Shown: positions 1 to 8,378 of the stretch, one piece after another
How the letters are laid out: each line of letters begins with the position of its first letter
Numbering within the stretch: the first letter of the stretch is position 1
Source: an uncultured virus (IMG/VR IMGVR_UViG_3300025466_000016)
Lineage: Duplodnaviria > Heunggongvirae > Uroviricota > Caudoviricetes
Length of the DNA: 57,604 nucleotides
Direction: 5' to 3' (one strand)
Virus record (IMG/VR): IMGVR_UViG_3300025466_000016
Program-made: the position numbers and the translations under genes
Notes under the pieces: generated by a model
Database searches by the model: none
What the model was told of the DNA's origin: nothing
The model's input: only the letters and a program-made list of their open reading frames with translations

Positions 1-1
1 T

Positions 2-193
2 CAAATATTTGCAGAGTGGCAAGAAATACAGTATTATGTAGAACAGATCGATACAACAAAATTTTACCAATGGAATCAATTCTTTATTAAAGAGCTATCA
101 ACTAAATTTGAATGTGGTCCAAATACTCATATCCTGGAAAAGGGTCACGAGTATCTAGCTGATATAATTTATAAACACTTATGTTCAAAATAA
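2..193 (+). CDS. 3' end of a gene entering the window; possible SGNH/GDSL-like protein (partial)
   Basis: Frame 2 is open from base 2 to TAA at 191-193 (QIFAEWQEIQYY...GPNTHILEKGHEYLADIIYKHLCSK*). The H-x-x-x-x-G-H-x-x-L-A ending resembles SGNH block V. Overlaps the next ATG at 181. Confidence 0.5.
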   Translation, partial: QIFAEWQEIQYYVEQIDTTKFYQWNQFFIKELSTKFECGPNTHILEKGHEYLADIIYKHLCSK

Positions 194-1950
194 AAACTTT
201 GACCGTTAAAAACTTTATGAGCGTGGGTAATACTACCCAGGCTGTTAACTTTGACCGTAGCGACTTGACTTTAGTCTTAGGCGAAAACTTGGACTTAGGT
301 GGTGATGACACTGGCGCACGTAACGGTACAGGCAAGACTACTATTATCAATGCTCTTAGCTTTGCACTATACGGCAATGCACTTACTAATATTAAGAAGG
401 ATAACTTAATCAACAAAACTAATAGTAAAAATATGATGGTTACTATTGATTTTGAAAAGGACGGAGAGACCTATCGCATTGAGCGTGGGCGTAAGCCTGG
501 TATTATGAAGTTCTTTGTTGGTGATAACGAAAAAGAAATCACCGATGATGCACAAGGTGACAGCAGAGAAACACAACAGGAAATTGAACGTATGCTAGGC
601 ATGAGCCACGATATGTTCAAACACGTTGTAGCACTTAACACATACACAGAGCCGTTTTTAGCACTCAAGGCAAATGATCAGCGAACTATTATTGAACAGT
701 TATTGGGAATTACCTTACTAAGCGAAAAGGCCGATAGATTAAAAGAATTAAATAAAGCCACTAAGGACGCAATTAGTCAAGAAGAATTCCGTATTAAAGC
801 TGTAGGCGATGCTAACAAGCGTATCGAAGAACAAATTGAAAGCCTTAAGCGTAGGCAAGGCATATGGATTACAAAACATGAAGAAGAGATTAGCAAACTC
901 CAAGATGCGATTGAAGAGCTACAGAAAATCGATATCGCGTCCGAGATTCAGGCACACCAAGCGTTTAAGACCTGGGACCAAACCCGAAAGGATATCAATG
1001 AGCTATCGTCGGCGATTAGTCGCACGAAATTGGACTTATCCCGTGAAGAAAAGACGATTGCTAAGATCACAGCAGAACTTGTTTCGTTGGAAAATCATAC
1101 GTGTCATACCTGCGGTCAAGAATTCCATGACGAAAAGCACCAACAGGTATTGGGATCAAAGCAGAGAGAATTGGATGGAGCAACGGAGTCAGCGAGTGCC
1201 CATGTTGCCACTTTGGCTGAACTACAGTCAGCTCACAATGGGCTGGGCAAACTAGGTCCGCGTCCCGAAACGTTTTATGATAAAGAATCTGATGCTATTC
1301 ATCATCAAGCTAGTGTTGACAATTTAATTAAACAGCTATCAGCCAAGGCAGAAGAATTAGATCCTTACGTAGAACAAATTGCTGAGATGCAAACACAAGG
1401 CTTAGAAGAAATTACATACGATGTGTTAAATGAACTATCAAATCTTAAAGACCATCAAGAATTTCTACTTAAACTATTAACAAACAAAGATTCGTTTATT
1501 CGTAAGCGTATCATCGATCAGAATTTAAGTTATTTAAATGCCCGCTTGGGACAATACCTGGATCGTATTGGATTACCACACACAGTTAAGTTTAACAACG
1601 ACTTATCTGTATCCATTACTGAGCTAGGTAGAGATTTAGACTTTGACAACCTATCACGGGGAGAACGTAACCGCTTAATCTTATCCTTAAGCTGGGCGTT
1701 CCGAGATGTTTGGGAAAGTTTATATCAGCCCATTAACTTGTTATTCATTGACGAGTTAGTAGACAGCGGTATGGATAGCTCGGGTGTTGAGAACTCCCTT
1801 GCTATCCTGAAAAAGATGAGTCGTGAAGCTAACAAATCAATTTGGTTAGTGTCACACAAGGATGAACTAGCGGGTCGTGTAAACAATACACTACACGTAG
1901 TTAAGGAAAATGGGTTTACTACCTACAACACGGACATAGATATTGTTTAA
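181..1950 (+). CDS. Rad50/SbcC-like recombination ATPase (T4 gp46-like)
   Basis: Walker A NGTGKTT, long coiled coil with CHTC zinc hook, signature LSRGE, Walker B LLFIDE, H-loop LVSH. Confidence 0.95.
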   Translation: MFKIKTLTVKNFMSVGNTTQAVNFDRSDLTLVLGENLDLGGDDTGARNGTGKTTIINALSFALYGNALTNIKKDNLINKTNSKNMMVTIDFEKDGETYRIERGRKPGIMKFFVGDNEKEITDDAQGDSRETQQEIERMLGMSHDMFKHVVALNTYTEPFLALKANDQRTIIEQLLGITLLSEKADRLKELNKATKDAISQEEFRIKAVGDANKRIEEQIESLKRRQGIWITKHEEEISKLQDAIEELQKIDIASEIQAHQAFKTWDQTRKDINELSSAISRTKLDLSREEKTIAKITAELVSLENHTCHTCGQEFHDEKHQQVLGSKQRELDGATESASAHVATLAELQSAHNGLGKLGPRPETFYDKESDAIHHQASVDNLIKQLSAKAEELDPYVEQIAEMQTQGLEEITYDVLNELSNLKDHQEFLLKLLTNKDSFIRKRIIDQNLSYLNARLGQYLDRIGLPHTVKFNNDLSVSITELGRDLDFDNLSRGERNRLILSLSWAFRDVWESLYQPINLLFIDELVDSGMDSSGVENSLAILKKMSREANKSIWLVSHKDELAGRVNNTLHVVKENGFTTYNTDIDIV

Positions 1951-2815
1951 TAGAGATATTAAAATATTGCACCTCGAGCCAACTGATGTATGTCAGGCGG
2001 CTTGTCCTCTGTGTGCCCGCGAAACAGATCCTGCGTTTGATAAGAAGATGCACAACCATTTAACAATTGAACAGATTAAAGAAAAGTTTAGCGAAGATTT
2101 TATTCGCGGACTAGATAAAATGTTTATGTGCGGTAACTACGGCGATCCAGCTGCCGGCAAATATACTTTAGAAATTTTTGAATACTTTAGAAAAATTAAT
2201 CCCAATATTACATTAGGTATGAACACCAATGGCGGATTGCAAAACATGACGTGGTGGGTTAAGTTAGCACGACTATTGCGTAAACCCAACGACTTTGTTG
2301 TGTTTAGTATCGACGGTTTAGAAGATACTAACCACATATATCGACGTAATGTAAATTGGGAAGTGCTAGAAGCTAATGTAGCTTCATTTATTGCTGCAGG
2401 CGGTCCTGCACATTGGGACATGCTGGTATATCGACACAACCAACATCAAGTTGATGATTGTGAAGCACTAGCACGTAAGATGAAATTTAAATGGTTTCGA
2501 GCTAAAGTTAGCAAACGTAATTACATTAACGGTCTCGAAGAACCCATCGGATGGTTGCGCCCTACTTATACTCCAGGTCGAATTGATTGTCGTGCCTTAA
2601 GCGAAGCTAGCATTTATATGGATGCACAAGGTCGCATTAGTCCTTGTTGCTGGTTAGGTGCTAGACAAAGCGATTTTATAACCGACATCAACGAAGTGGC
2701 TGTTAACTGGGACAACGTAGACCTAGTAGAGCCCACCTGTGTTGTAACCTGCACAACAAAAGATAATATAACAGTATTTGATAGCCAATGGCAACGCGAG
2801 GTTGAACTATGTTAG
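1943..2815 (+). CDS. Radical SAM enzyme with C-terminal Cys-rich (SPASM/twitch-like) region
   Basis: CQAACPLC (CxxxCxxC), CGNYGDP, NTNGG, FSIDG; C-terminal C...GRISPCC...CxxxC. The TTG start is uncertain. Confidence 0.9.
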   Translation: MFNRDIKILHLEPTDVCQAACPLCARETDPAFDKKMHNHLTIEQIKEKFSEDFIRGLDKMFMCGNYGDPAAGKYTLEIFEYFRKINPNITLGMNTNGGLQNMTWWVKLARLLRKPNDFVVFSIDGLEDTNHIYRRNVNWEVLEANVASFIAAGGPAHWDMLVYRHNQHQVDDCEALARKMKFKWFRAKVSKRNYINGLEEPIGWLRPTYTPGRIDCRALSEASIYMDAQGRISPCCWLGARQSDFITDINEVAVNWDNVDLVEPTCVVTCTTKDNITVFDSQWQREVELC

Positions 2816-3831
2816 CTACCTGGCATTTTCATATCGAAATAAGTTCTAAGTGTACACTACGCTGTACTCGCTGTGCGCGACAAGAAGTTCCGGATTCGTT
2901 AGTTAACACCGAATTAGATTTAGAATTTTTTCAACGTAACTTTACACCAGAGTTTGTTCTAGCCAATGTAGAAAAGATTACATTCTGCGGCGACGACGGA
3001 GATCCAATTTACGCACATGATTTAATTTCAGTTGTACGTTATATCAAAACAATCAAACCCGTTGAGATTGTTATTATTACCAATGGTAGCCACAAGAAAG
3101 CTGAATGGTGGGCTGAATTGGGATCTGTACTAGATGCCGGAGATACTGTACACTTTAGCGTAGACGGATACGACAACGCCAGTAACAATTTATACAGAGT
3201 AAACAGCGATTTCGTGTCAATTATACAAGGTATTGAGACGCTAAGAGCCACGAGTAAATGTCGATTAGTATGGGCTGCTATTGCGTTTAAATTTAACGAA
3301 GAGCATATAGATTACATGCAATCGCTGGCCGATAAACTAGGCATGGATGCTTTTCAATTAACTTTAAGCACTAAGTTTGGGAAAATATATCCCAATTATG
3401 GCTTGAACGATCCACTACAACCTAGCGATCGGTATGTAAGCAGCTCGCATAGATTTGAAAGACGTGTTACAGTACTAAGCCAGCGCGGACTTAATAGCGA
3501 AGTTAAAAAGATTAATTTAGATTTGTTTAAGCAAACACGCCCACAGGGTGATGTTATTCCTAATGTAATTCCCTTGTGTGAAATAGGCAATAAAGGATTG
3601 TATATCGACGCACAAGGAAGATTATTTCCTTGCTGTTGGGTAGCTAATCGCTACACTCACAACACAGAATGGCAGGAAATAGCTGAAAACTTCAATCTAA
3701 ACACCAGAACACTAACAGATGCTGTTGCAGATAATTTCTGGATAAGGGATTTTAAACAGTTTGGCTGGCAAGAATGTCGCACAAAATGCACAAGGAACGT
3801 GGTAAATCAAGAATATGCTACAGTTTGGTAA
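2809..3831 (+). CDS. Radical SAM enzyme with C-terminal Cys-rich (SPASM/twitch-like) region
   Basis: CTLRCTRC, CGDDGDP, ITNGS, FSVDG, YIDAQGRLFPCCW, CRTKC; paralogue of the preceding gene. Confidence 0.9.
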   Translation: MLATWHFHIEISSKCTLRCTRCARQEVPDSLVNTELDLEFFQRNFTPEFVLANVEKITFCGDDGDPIYAHDLISVVRYIKTIKPVEIVIITNGSHKKAEWWAELGSVLDAGDTVHFSVDGYDNASNNLYRVNSDFVSIIQGIETLRATSKCRLVWAAIAFKFNEEHIDYMQSLADKLGMDAFQLTLSTKFGKIYPNYGLNDPLQPSDRYVSSSHRFERRVTVLSQRGLNSEVKKINLDLFKQTRPQGDVIPNVIPLCEIGNKGLYIDAQGRLFPCCWVANRYTHNTEWQEIAENFNLNTRTLTDAVADNFWIRDFKQFGWQECRTKCTRNVVNQEYATVW

Positions 3832-3852
3832 TAAAGAGATAACTATGTATGA

Positions 3853-4296
3853 ATGACATGGCTTTACGAAAACACTCTAGTAGAAACTTTACCCGAAACT
3901 TGTGTTGGATTTGTTTATTTGATTACAAATAAAATATCCGGCAGGAAGTATATTGGTAAAAAATTAGCAAAATTTAGTAAAACCACTTATCGTATGGTCA
4001 AATTGAAAAACGGTAAGAAGAAACGTAAAAAAATTAAAGGCAAAATTGATTCAGATTGGATGACCTACTATGGCTCTAGTCCAGAATTAACTAAAGATGT
4101 AGTAGCACTAGGAGTGGATAATTTTACAAGAGAGATATTGTATTATTGTTCTAGTAAATCTGAATGTAGCTACATCGAAGCAAGAGAACAATTTAGACAC
4201 AAAGTCTTAGAATCTGACGATTATTATAACGGACACATCCAAGTCCGTGTCCATGGCTCCCACATTAAGAACAAATTGACACCAAGTCACAGTTAA
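3853..4296 (+). CDS. Stand-alone GIY-YIG-fold protein
   Basis: GFVYLITN...KYIGKK motif, later E (YIEARE) and YYN; Lys/Arg-rich insert KLKNGKKKRKKIKGK. Confidence 0.75.
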   Translation: MTWLYENTLVETLPETCVGFVYLITNKISGRKYIGKKLAKFSKTTYRMVKLKNGKKKRKKIKGKIDSDWMTYYGSSPELTKDVVALGVDNFTREILYYCSSKSECSYIEAREQFRHKVLESDDYYNGHIQVRVHGSHIKNKLTPSHS

Positions 4297-4299
4297 TAG

Positions 4300-4745
4300 A
4301 CTAGCACAGGTCAACATCGTGTGCCTATGACAACTGGATCGCGGATCACAGGGACGGAAGACTCTTCGCTGTAAAGAGCACTCAATCAGTATCCTTAACA
4401 GGACCATGATCGGATATGCCTATAACCGGTTTGATTGTTTGAAAAGATTTAGGAAAAGGCTAAAAGACGTAGAAGCGATTCTACACGTTTGTTATATGTG
4501 TTAGCGTATGTATAACAAGCCGCCGTTGTATAAAGACAGAACGAGCAGGTACCGGACAACCGCCTGTGCATACGAAAGTATATAGTTTTAACGCTAAGTG
4601 ATTGTGCTACTCGGATGATGCTACAATTCTTACTTTGCCCGTTGTCTGGGCAAAGTGTGACTGATTAATCTGGATGATACTGAAAAACATCAATAATAAA
4701 AAAATGTTGTGAGCAAAGCGAAACAACAGATCTCGTTAGAGATCT
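4300..4745 (+). ncRNA. Candidate large structured non-coding RNA (unassigned family)
   Basis: About 450 nt with no credible ORF and ten or more stems, GNRA loops (GCGA 4475-4478, GAAA 4574-4577), G-U pairs favouring the + strand, and loop TTAGCGT (4501-4507) complementary to ACGCTAA (4591-4597). Confidence 0.65.
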
Positions 4746-4963
4746 TAAAAGAATGGAAGTCCTGAATCCTTGGTTGTATCTAAATTCTCTTTGATGATCT
4801 TGCTGACTATTTCGCGTTCTTGTTGTCCTAACATCAAAGCATCTTCATAGCTAAGTCCACCCCTCATGAACCAGGCAAATTTTAGAGCTTCGTGTTTAAT
4901 GGCTTTTGTTTCGTTATCGAGTTTTGTAAGATACTCGATAACTTGCTCTCTATCTAATTGCAA
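4745..4963 (-). CDS. Tail/baseplate assembly protein (gp51-like or GT-like C-terminal module), probably made by -1 frameshift from the upstream gene
   Basis: No ATG or Shine-Dalgarno; in the -1 frame of the upstream ORF at T TTT TTC (4981-4975); WFMRGGLSYEDALML...EREIV motif. Confidence 0.6.
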   Translation of the reverse strand: MQLDREQVIEYLTKLDNETKAIKHEALKFAWFMRGGLSYEDALMLGQQEREIVSKIIKENLDTTKDSGLPFF

Positions 4964-4968
4964 AAGCC

Positions 4969-5808
4969 TTATGCGAAAAAATTGGCGTAGTCGAATGTTA
5001 ACGGTACATCGTACTCGTTAGCACATGATGTACATGTTGCATGTATTGGTTTAATTGCTGCACTTGAGTTAATATCTGCTAAACGTTTTTGAATTGTGCG
5101 TAAGACTTTATAATCAGCCATATTATAAAATTCTTTAATAAAGTCGGAGTCAGTAACAACGGTACCATCTTCGGTTACAATACTTTGTGTGCTATTAACA
5201 CTAATTTCTACATTAAGATCAATTAACTTGTTTAGATAAGAGTCGCTCTTGACTTTCTTTTCTTCATCAGTAATTGTGCTGTCGGCAATAGTACGCATTA
5301 ACTGTTGTTCTGTAAACTCAATTTGACTTACACGATTAACTTCAAAGTAAGGTTGCGGTCTAAGAGTAATTTTTAAATTATCAATTTCCAATGGGGTAGA
5401 ATAGTCGGGGCAAATGATAGATCCGGTAATGCCGCTAAGATCTAGTTGGAAGTTATTTTCTTCTTCGCATTTTGGGCAATTACTGTCGAATTCCATATTG
5501 TTACCGTAGCTGGCAATGCGAATGTTTAGTAACACATAGTCTACATCAACGCTAGGCATTTTCCAAGCATCTTTAATGTTTGGCATACAACTTTCAATAA
5601 CGTCAACAACGCCCTGTCCGTTGAGTAATGCATCTGGTGTGCGAATAGTAATTTCGTCACGTGCAGTCATTGGGTATACTGGAATCTCCCCGCTAACTGG
5701 CAATTCTAATGCGCCTTCGGCCCAAAAACGCCCATTACTAGGCAATTTAATGTAAATTGCTGGCTGTCTAAAGTGTTTGGATAGAGGATTTGTTGATTTT
5801 TGTTCCAT
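4969..5808 (-). CDS. Baseplate hub assembly / tail assembly chaperone (T4 gp26-like)
   Basis: IKLPS...VYPMTARDE...DVDYVLLNIRIASYG...CPKC, C-terminal CTSC and ..NFF ending. Start reassigned to the ATG at 5808 (MEQKSTNPL). Confidence 0.7.
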   Translation of the reverse strand: MEQKSTNPLSKHFRQPAIYIKLPSNGRFWAEGALELPVSGEIPVYPMTARDEITIRTPDALLNGQGVVDVIESCMPNIKDAWKMPSVDVDYVLLNIRIASYGNNMEFDSNCPKCEEENNFQLDLSGITGSIICPDYSTPLEIDNLKITLRPQPYFEVNRVSQIEFTEQQLMRTIADSTITDEEKKVKSDSYLNKLIDLNVEISVNSTQSIVTEDGTVVTDSDFIKEFYNMADYKVLRTIQKRLADINSSAAIKPIHATCTSCANEYDVPLTFDYANFFA

Positions 5809-5820
5809 TTTTAATTCCCA

Positions 5821-5847
5821 TAAATAATTGATATACAAGTATATTTA
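5821..5847. promoter_or_regulatory. Pair of oppositely oriented TAAATA late-promoter boxes
   Basis: TAAATA on + at 5821-5826 (towards the tape measure gene) and on - at 5847-5842 (towards the gp26-like gene). Confidence 0.6.
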
Positions 5848-5858
5848 CCGGTAAAAAT

Positions 5859-8348
5859 ATGGCACTAGATGAAAATCAGATAAATCAAACGGCGCAAGCT
5901 ACCCAGTCTTCTATGCAAGGTCTTGGGCGTGATGCTGACTTATTGCAAAAAGTCCTACGTGCTGTCCGTGAAGAATACGACGATCAACCGTCAGTACTTA
6001 AACGCACACGTGACCAATTTGGTGCACTGGATCGCGACTTACGCACAGGTAGAAAAAGTTATTTAGATTTAGGCAGCGATCTTAGAAGTTTAGCAGCCGC
6101 AATTGAAGATGTAGAAGATGCTACAGAAAGAGCTGAGCTAAGAAAACGTTTATCAGAAAAAGCCAACGAAGCTGCTATAGCCAAAGGTACACAGGTTACA
6201 ATAGAGGCGCTGGCTACCTTTACTAAAAATTGGTTTAACTATCAAATAGGCATGCAAAAAGCTGCCTACAGCGGCTATCAAAACGGCAGTAGCGTATTCA
6301 AAGTAGCTAACGATGCAGCCAGTGCAAGGCTACAGTACTTAAATGAAAATGCCGACATGGCCGCTAGTGCTATTGGTGGACTTGCTGGCATTGCCGGCGT
6401 TGCTGCTGTTGGATTGGGTGTTGCTACAGGTGGTTTGGCCGCCGTTGGTGCTGTGGCCGTTGGTGGTATTTCAACTTTTATTGCTGGCATTTACAAAAAG
6501 ACCAACGAGATGGAGAAAGCTCGAATTGACATTATGTCAACCGAAGCTGAAAATCTTGTTAAAACATTCAATGCGGCAAACTCTGCGGGTGCTATATTTG
6601 TTGGTGGTATGCAACAGTTTAGAAATACAGCGGCTGACGCAGGGTTAACACAAGTACAGTTAAGTAAAGTAATTACAGAGAACGCAGAGAACCTACGTAG
6701 ATTTGGCGGTACTACAGGCGGTGCACTTGGTCGTTATGCTGAAGCAAATAAACGAGTAATGGATCAATTTGGTACTCAGCTAATGGCATTAGGTATAAGC
6801 GTCGACGACATCGCTGGCGGAACAGCCCAATACATGGGTATCCTTGGATTAGCCGGCAATACTCAAAAGATGACAGCCGAAGAAATTGCTAGAGACACTT
6901 ACGACTGGTTAAAGAATATTAAAGCTATTAGTGCGTTCACCGGTGAGGATGCTAAACGAGCTAAAGAACGTGCAGACCAGGCTGTAGCACAAACGCAAGT
7001 ATATGCCAAGTTACGAGAAGAAGCCGGTGGCGATCCAGTGAAAATGGCTCAATTAATCAAAGGCTTTGAAAGTCAGTTAATGGCATTAACTGACAAAGAA
7101 CAATTGGCCTTTATGCAACAACGTGCTACAGGCGTAATTTCACAAAAAGACTTCCGTATTGCTGATGCTGAAACCGGCGGCATAATGCAACGTCGTATTG
7201 ATAAAGCTGTAGAGCTGTCCAAGACAGAAGCCGATGCTACTAAGTTTATGGATTTTTCTAAGCAAAATGCCCCTGCCTTACTTGATGCAATTTATAAACG
7301 CGGCGGCACTGGTATGGCTAATTTGCTTGGCGGCAAATTCGGCGCCGTTGAAGAATTAAAAGCTGCCATTGGTCGTCAGATGCTGATACAGCAAGGCATA
7401 CTTGAAAATACTAACAAAACAGTTAACAACGCTGCCAACACCCAAGACAAATTAACATTGGGTGTTAGCGAGGGCATGATTGAATGGCAAAATAAACAAA
7501 TTGAAATTGCACAAAAACTTGACACACCGTTAAGAAATTTTGTTGACGAAATGAATGATCATATTATTCCAGCACTTGAGGAAGCATTACAAAGTGCCGG
7601 TATTGCTGGATTGTTTAACAATCAAGATAAACTAAGTTTTGACCAACGACTAAAGCAATTAAATCGCGGCGGACAACCAACTGGTCCAACGTATGACAAA
7701 GACGGAAAAATAATACGTCCTAAGCCTACAACTACAGTTGGCGAAGTTGATACAACAGTATTAAAGGGCTTGACCAAAGATGCACACCTTGCTGAAAATG
7801 TCAGCAAGAAAAACGGTGCATTTTTAAATAACAAACCACAGATGTACTCCGAAGTGTTTAATGCTATTAATGCTATAGCCCTGATGCATAAAGGTAAAAA
7901 CGTTACAATTACCGCAGGCGACGACGAGTATCACAGAAGTAAAGAATTCCAGCGTCTTAGCCCCAGTATGTTTAATAACGGTGTGCCTAACGAACGTAAT
8001 ACTCATGCTATGGGATTGGCTGCCGATTTAGTTGTATCGGGCGCCGATATGAAATCCGAAGTTGACGCAATTAACCAAAAACTCAGAGAACTTAATGTTA
8101 AGGCACGTGTAGCCTACGAAGACAAAGGTAGCACACCAGGCGCAACTGGTAGCCATTTACACATCACTGATGAAAATTCAGACGATACAAAGGATGCAGC
8201 TACAAAACTTAAACAGAAAAAAGCTGGTGAACAGCATTCTGAAGTAACCATTAAAGATCTACACGAGGTTATGGTTGCAATACACGAAGAATTGCAAGAT
8301 CAAACTCCTATTTTGGACAAACAATTAAAAGAACAACGTTCTGCCTAA
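5859..8348 (+). CDS. Probable tape measure protein with C-terminal peptidase M15-like Zn domain
   Basis: Long Ala-rich helical protein with a Gly/Ala hydrophobic stretch (about aa 168-210); C-terminal TITAG...THAMGLAAD...SHLHI (H-x6-D...HxH). Confidence 0.7.
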   Translation: MALDENQINQTAQATQSSMQGLGRDADLLQKVLRAVREEYDDQPSVLKRTRDQFGALDRDLRTGRKSYLDLGSDLRSLAAAIEDVEDATERAELRKRLSEKANEAAIAKGTQVTIEALATFTKNWFNYQIGMQKAAYSGYQNGSSVFKVANDAASARLQYLNENADMAASAIGGLAGIAGVAAVGLGVATGGLAAVGAVAVGGISTFIAGIYKKTNEMEKARIDIMSTEAENLVKTFNAANSAGAIFVGGMQQFRNTAADAGLTQVQLSKVITENAENLRRFGGTTGGALGRYAEANKRVMDQFGTQLMALGISVDDIAGGTAQYMGILGLAGNTQKMTAEEIARDTYDWLKNIKAISAFTGEDAKRAKERADQAVAQTQVYAKLREEAGGDPVKMAQLIKGFESQLMALTDKEQLAFMQQRATGVISQKDFRIADAETGGIMQRRIDKAVELSKTEADATKFMDFSKQNAPALLDAIYKRGGTGMANLLGGKFGAVEELKAAIGRQMLIQQGILENTNKTVNNAANTQDKLTLGVSEGMIEWQNKQIEIAQKLDTPLRNFVDEMNDHIIPALEEALQSAGIAGLFNNQDKLSFDQRLKQLNRGGQPTGPTYDKDGKIIRPKPTTTVGEVDTTVLKGLTKDAHLAENVSKKNGAFLNNKPQMYSEVFNAINAIALMHKGKNVTITAGDDEYHRSKEFQRLSPSMFNNGVPNERNTHAMGLAADLVVSGADMKSEVDAINQKLRELNVKARVAYEDKGSTPGATGSHLHITDENSDDTKDAATKLKQKKAGEQHSEVTIKDLHEVMVAIHEELQDQTPILDKQLKEQRSA

Positions 8349-8378
8349 CGGTAAATATAGCATAACAGAGAATATTAT

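Noticed and set aside
102..1255. Alternative-frame ORFs within the gp46-like gene (102-416, 471-668, 809-1255)
   Set aside because: Overlap a well-supported conserved gene and have no independent signals
4207..4407. 66-aa minus-strand ORF over the start of the structured region
   Set aside because: Antisense to the GIY-YIG gene, no SD, no recognisable motif; probably spurious
4295..4600. Group I intron interpretation of the structured region (AGACTA at 4298-4303, AAGTATATAGT near 4576-4586, adjacent GIY-YIG gene)
   Set aside because: No interrupted host gene is visible: the flanking ORFs are complete and convergent, and I could not build a P3/P7 core. An Infernal group I scan would settle it.
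4601..4690. TIGR or CRISPR-like array suggested by repeated GGATGAT/CTGA
   Set aside because: Only two copies with no regular periodic array, and no Nop-domain or Cas gene in the window
4300..4745. tRNA, tmRNA or RNase P identity for the structured region
   Set aside because: No cloverleaf or T-loop GTTCRA, no tmRNA-like ends, and no GAGGAAAGTCC RNase P signature seen
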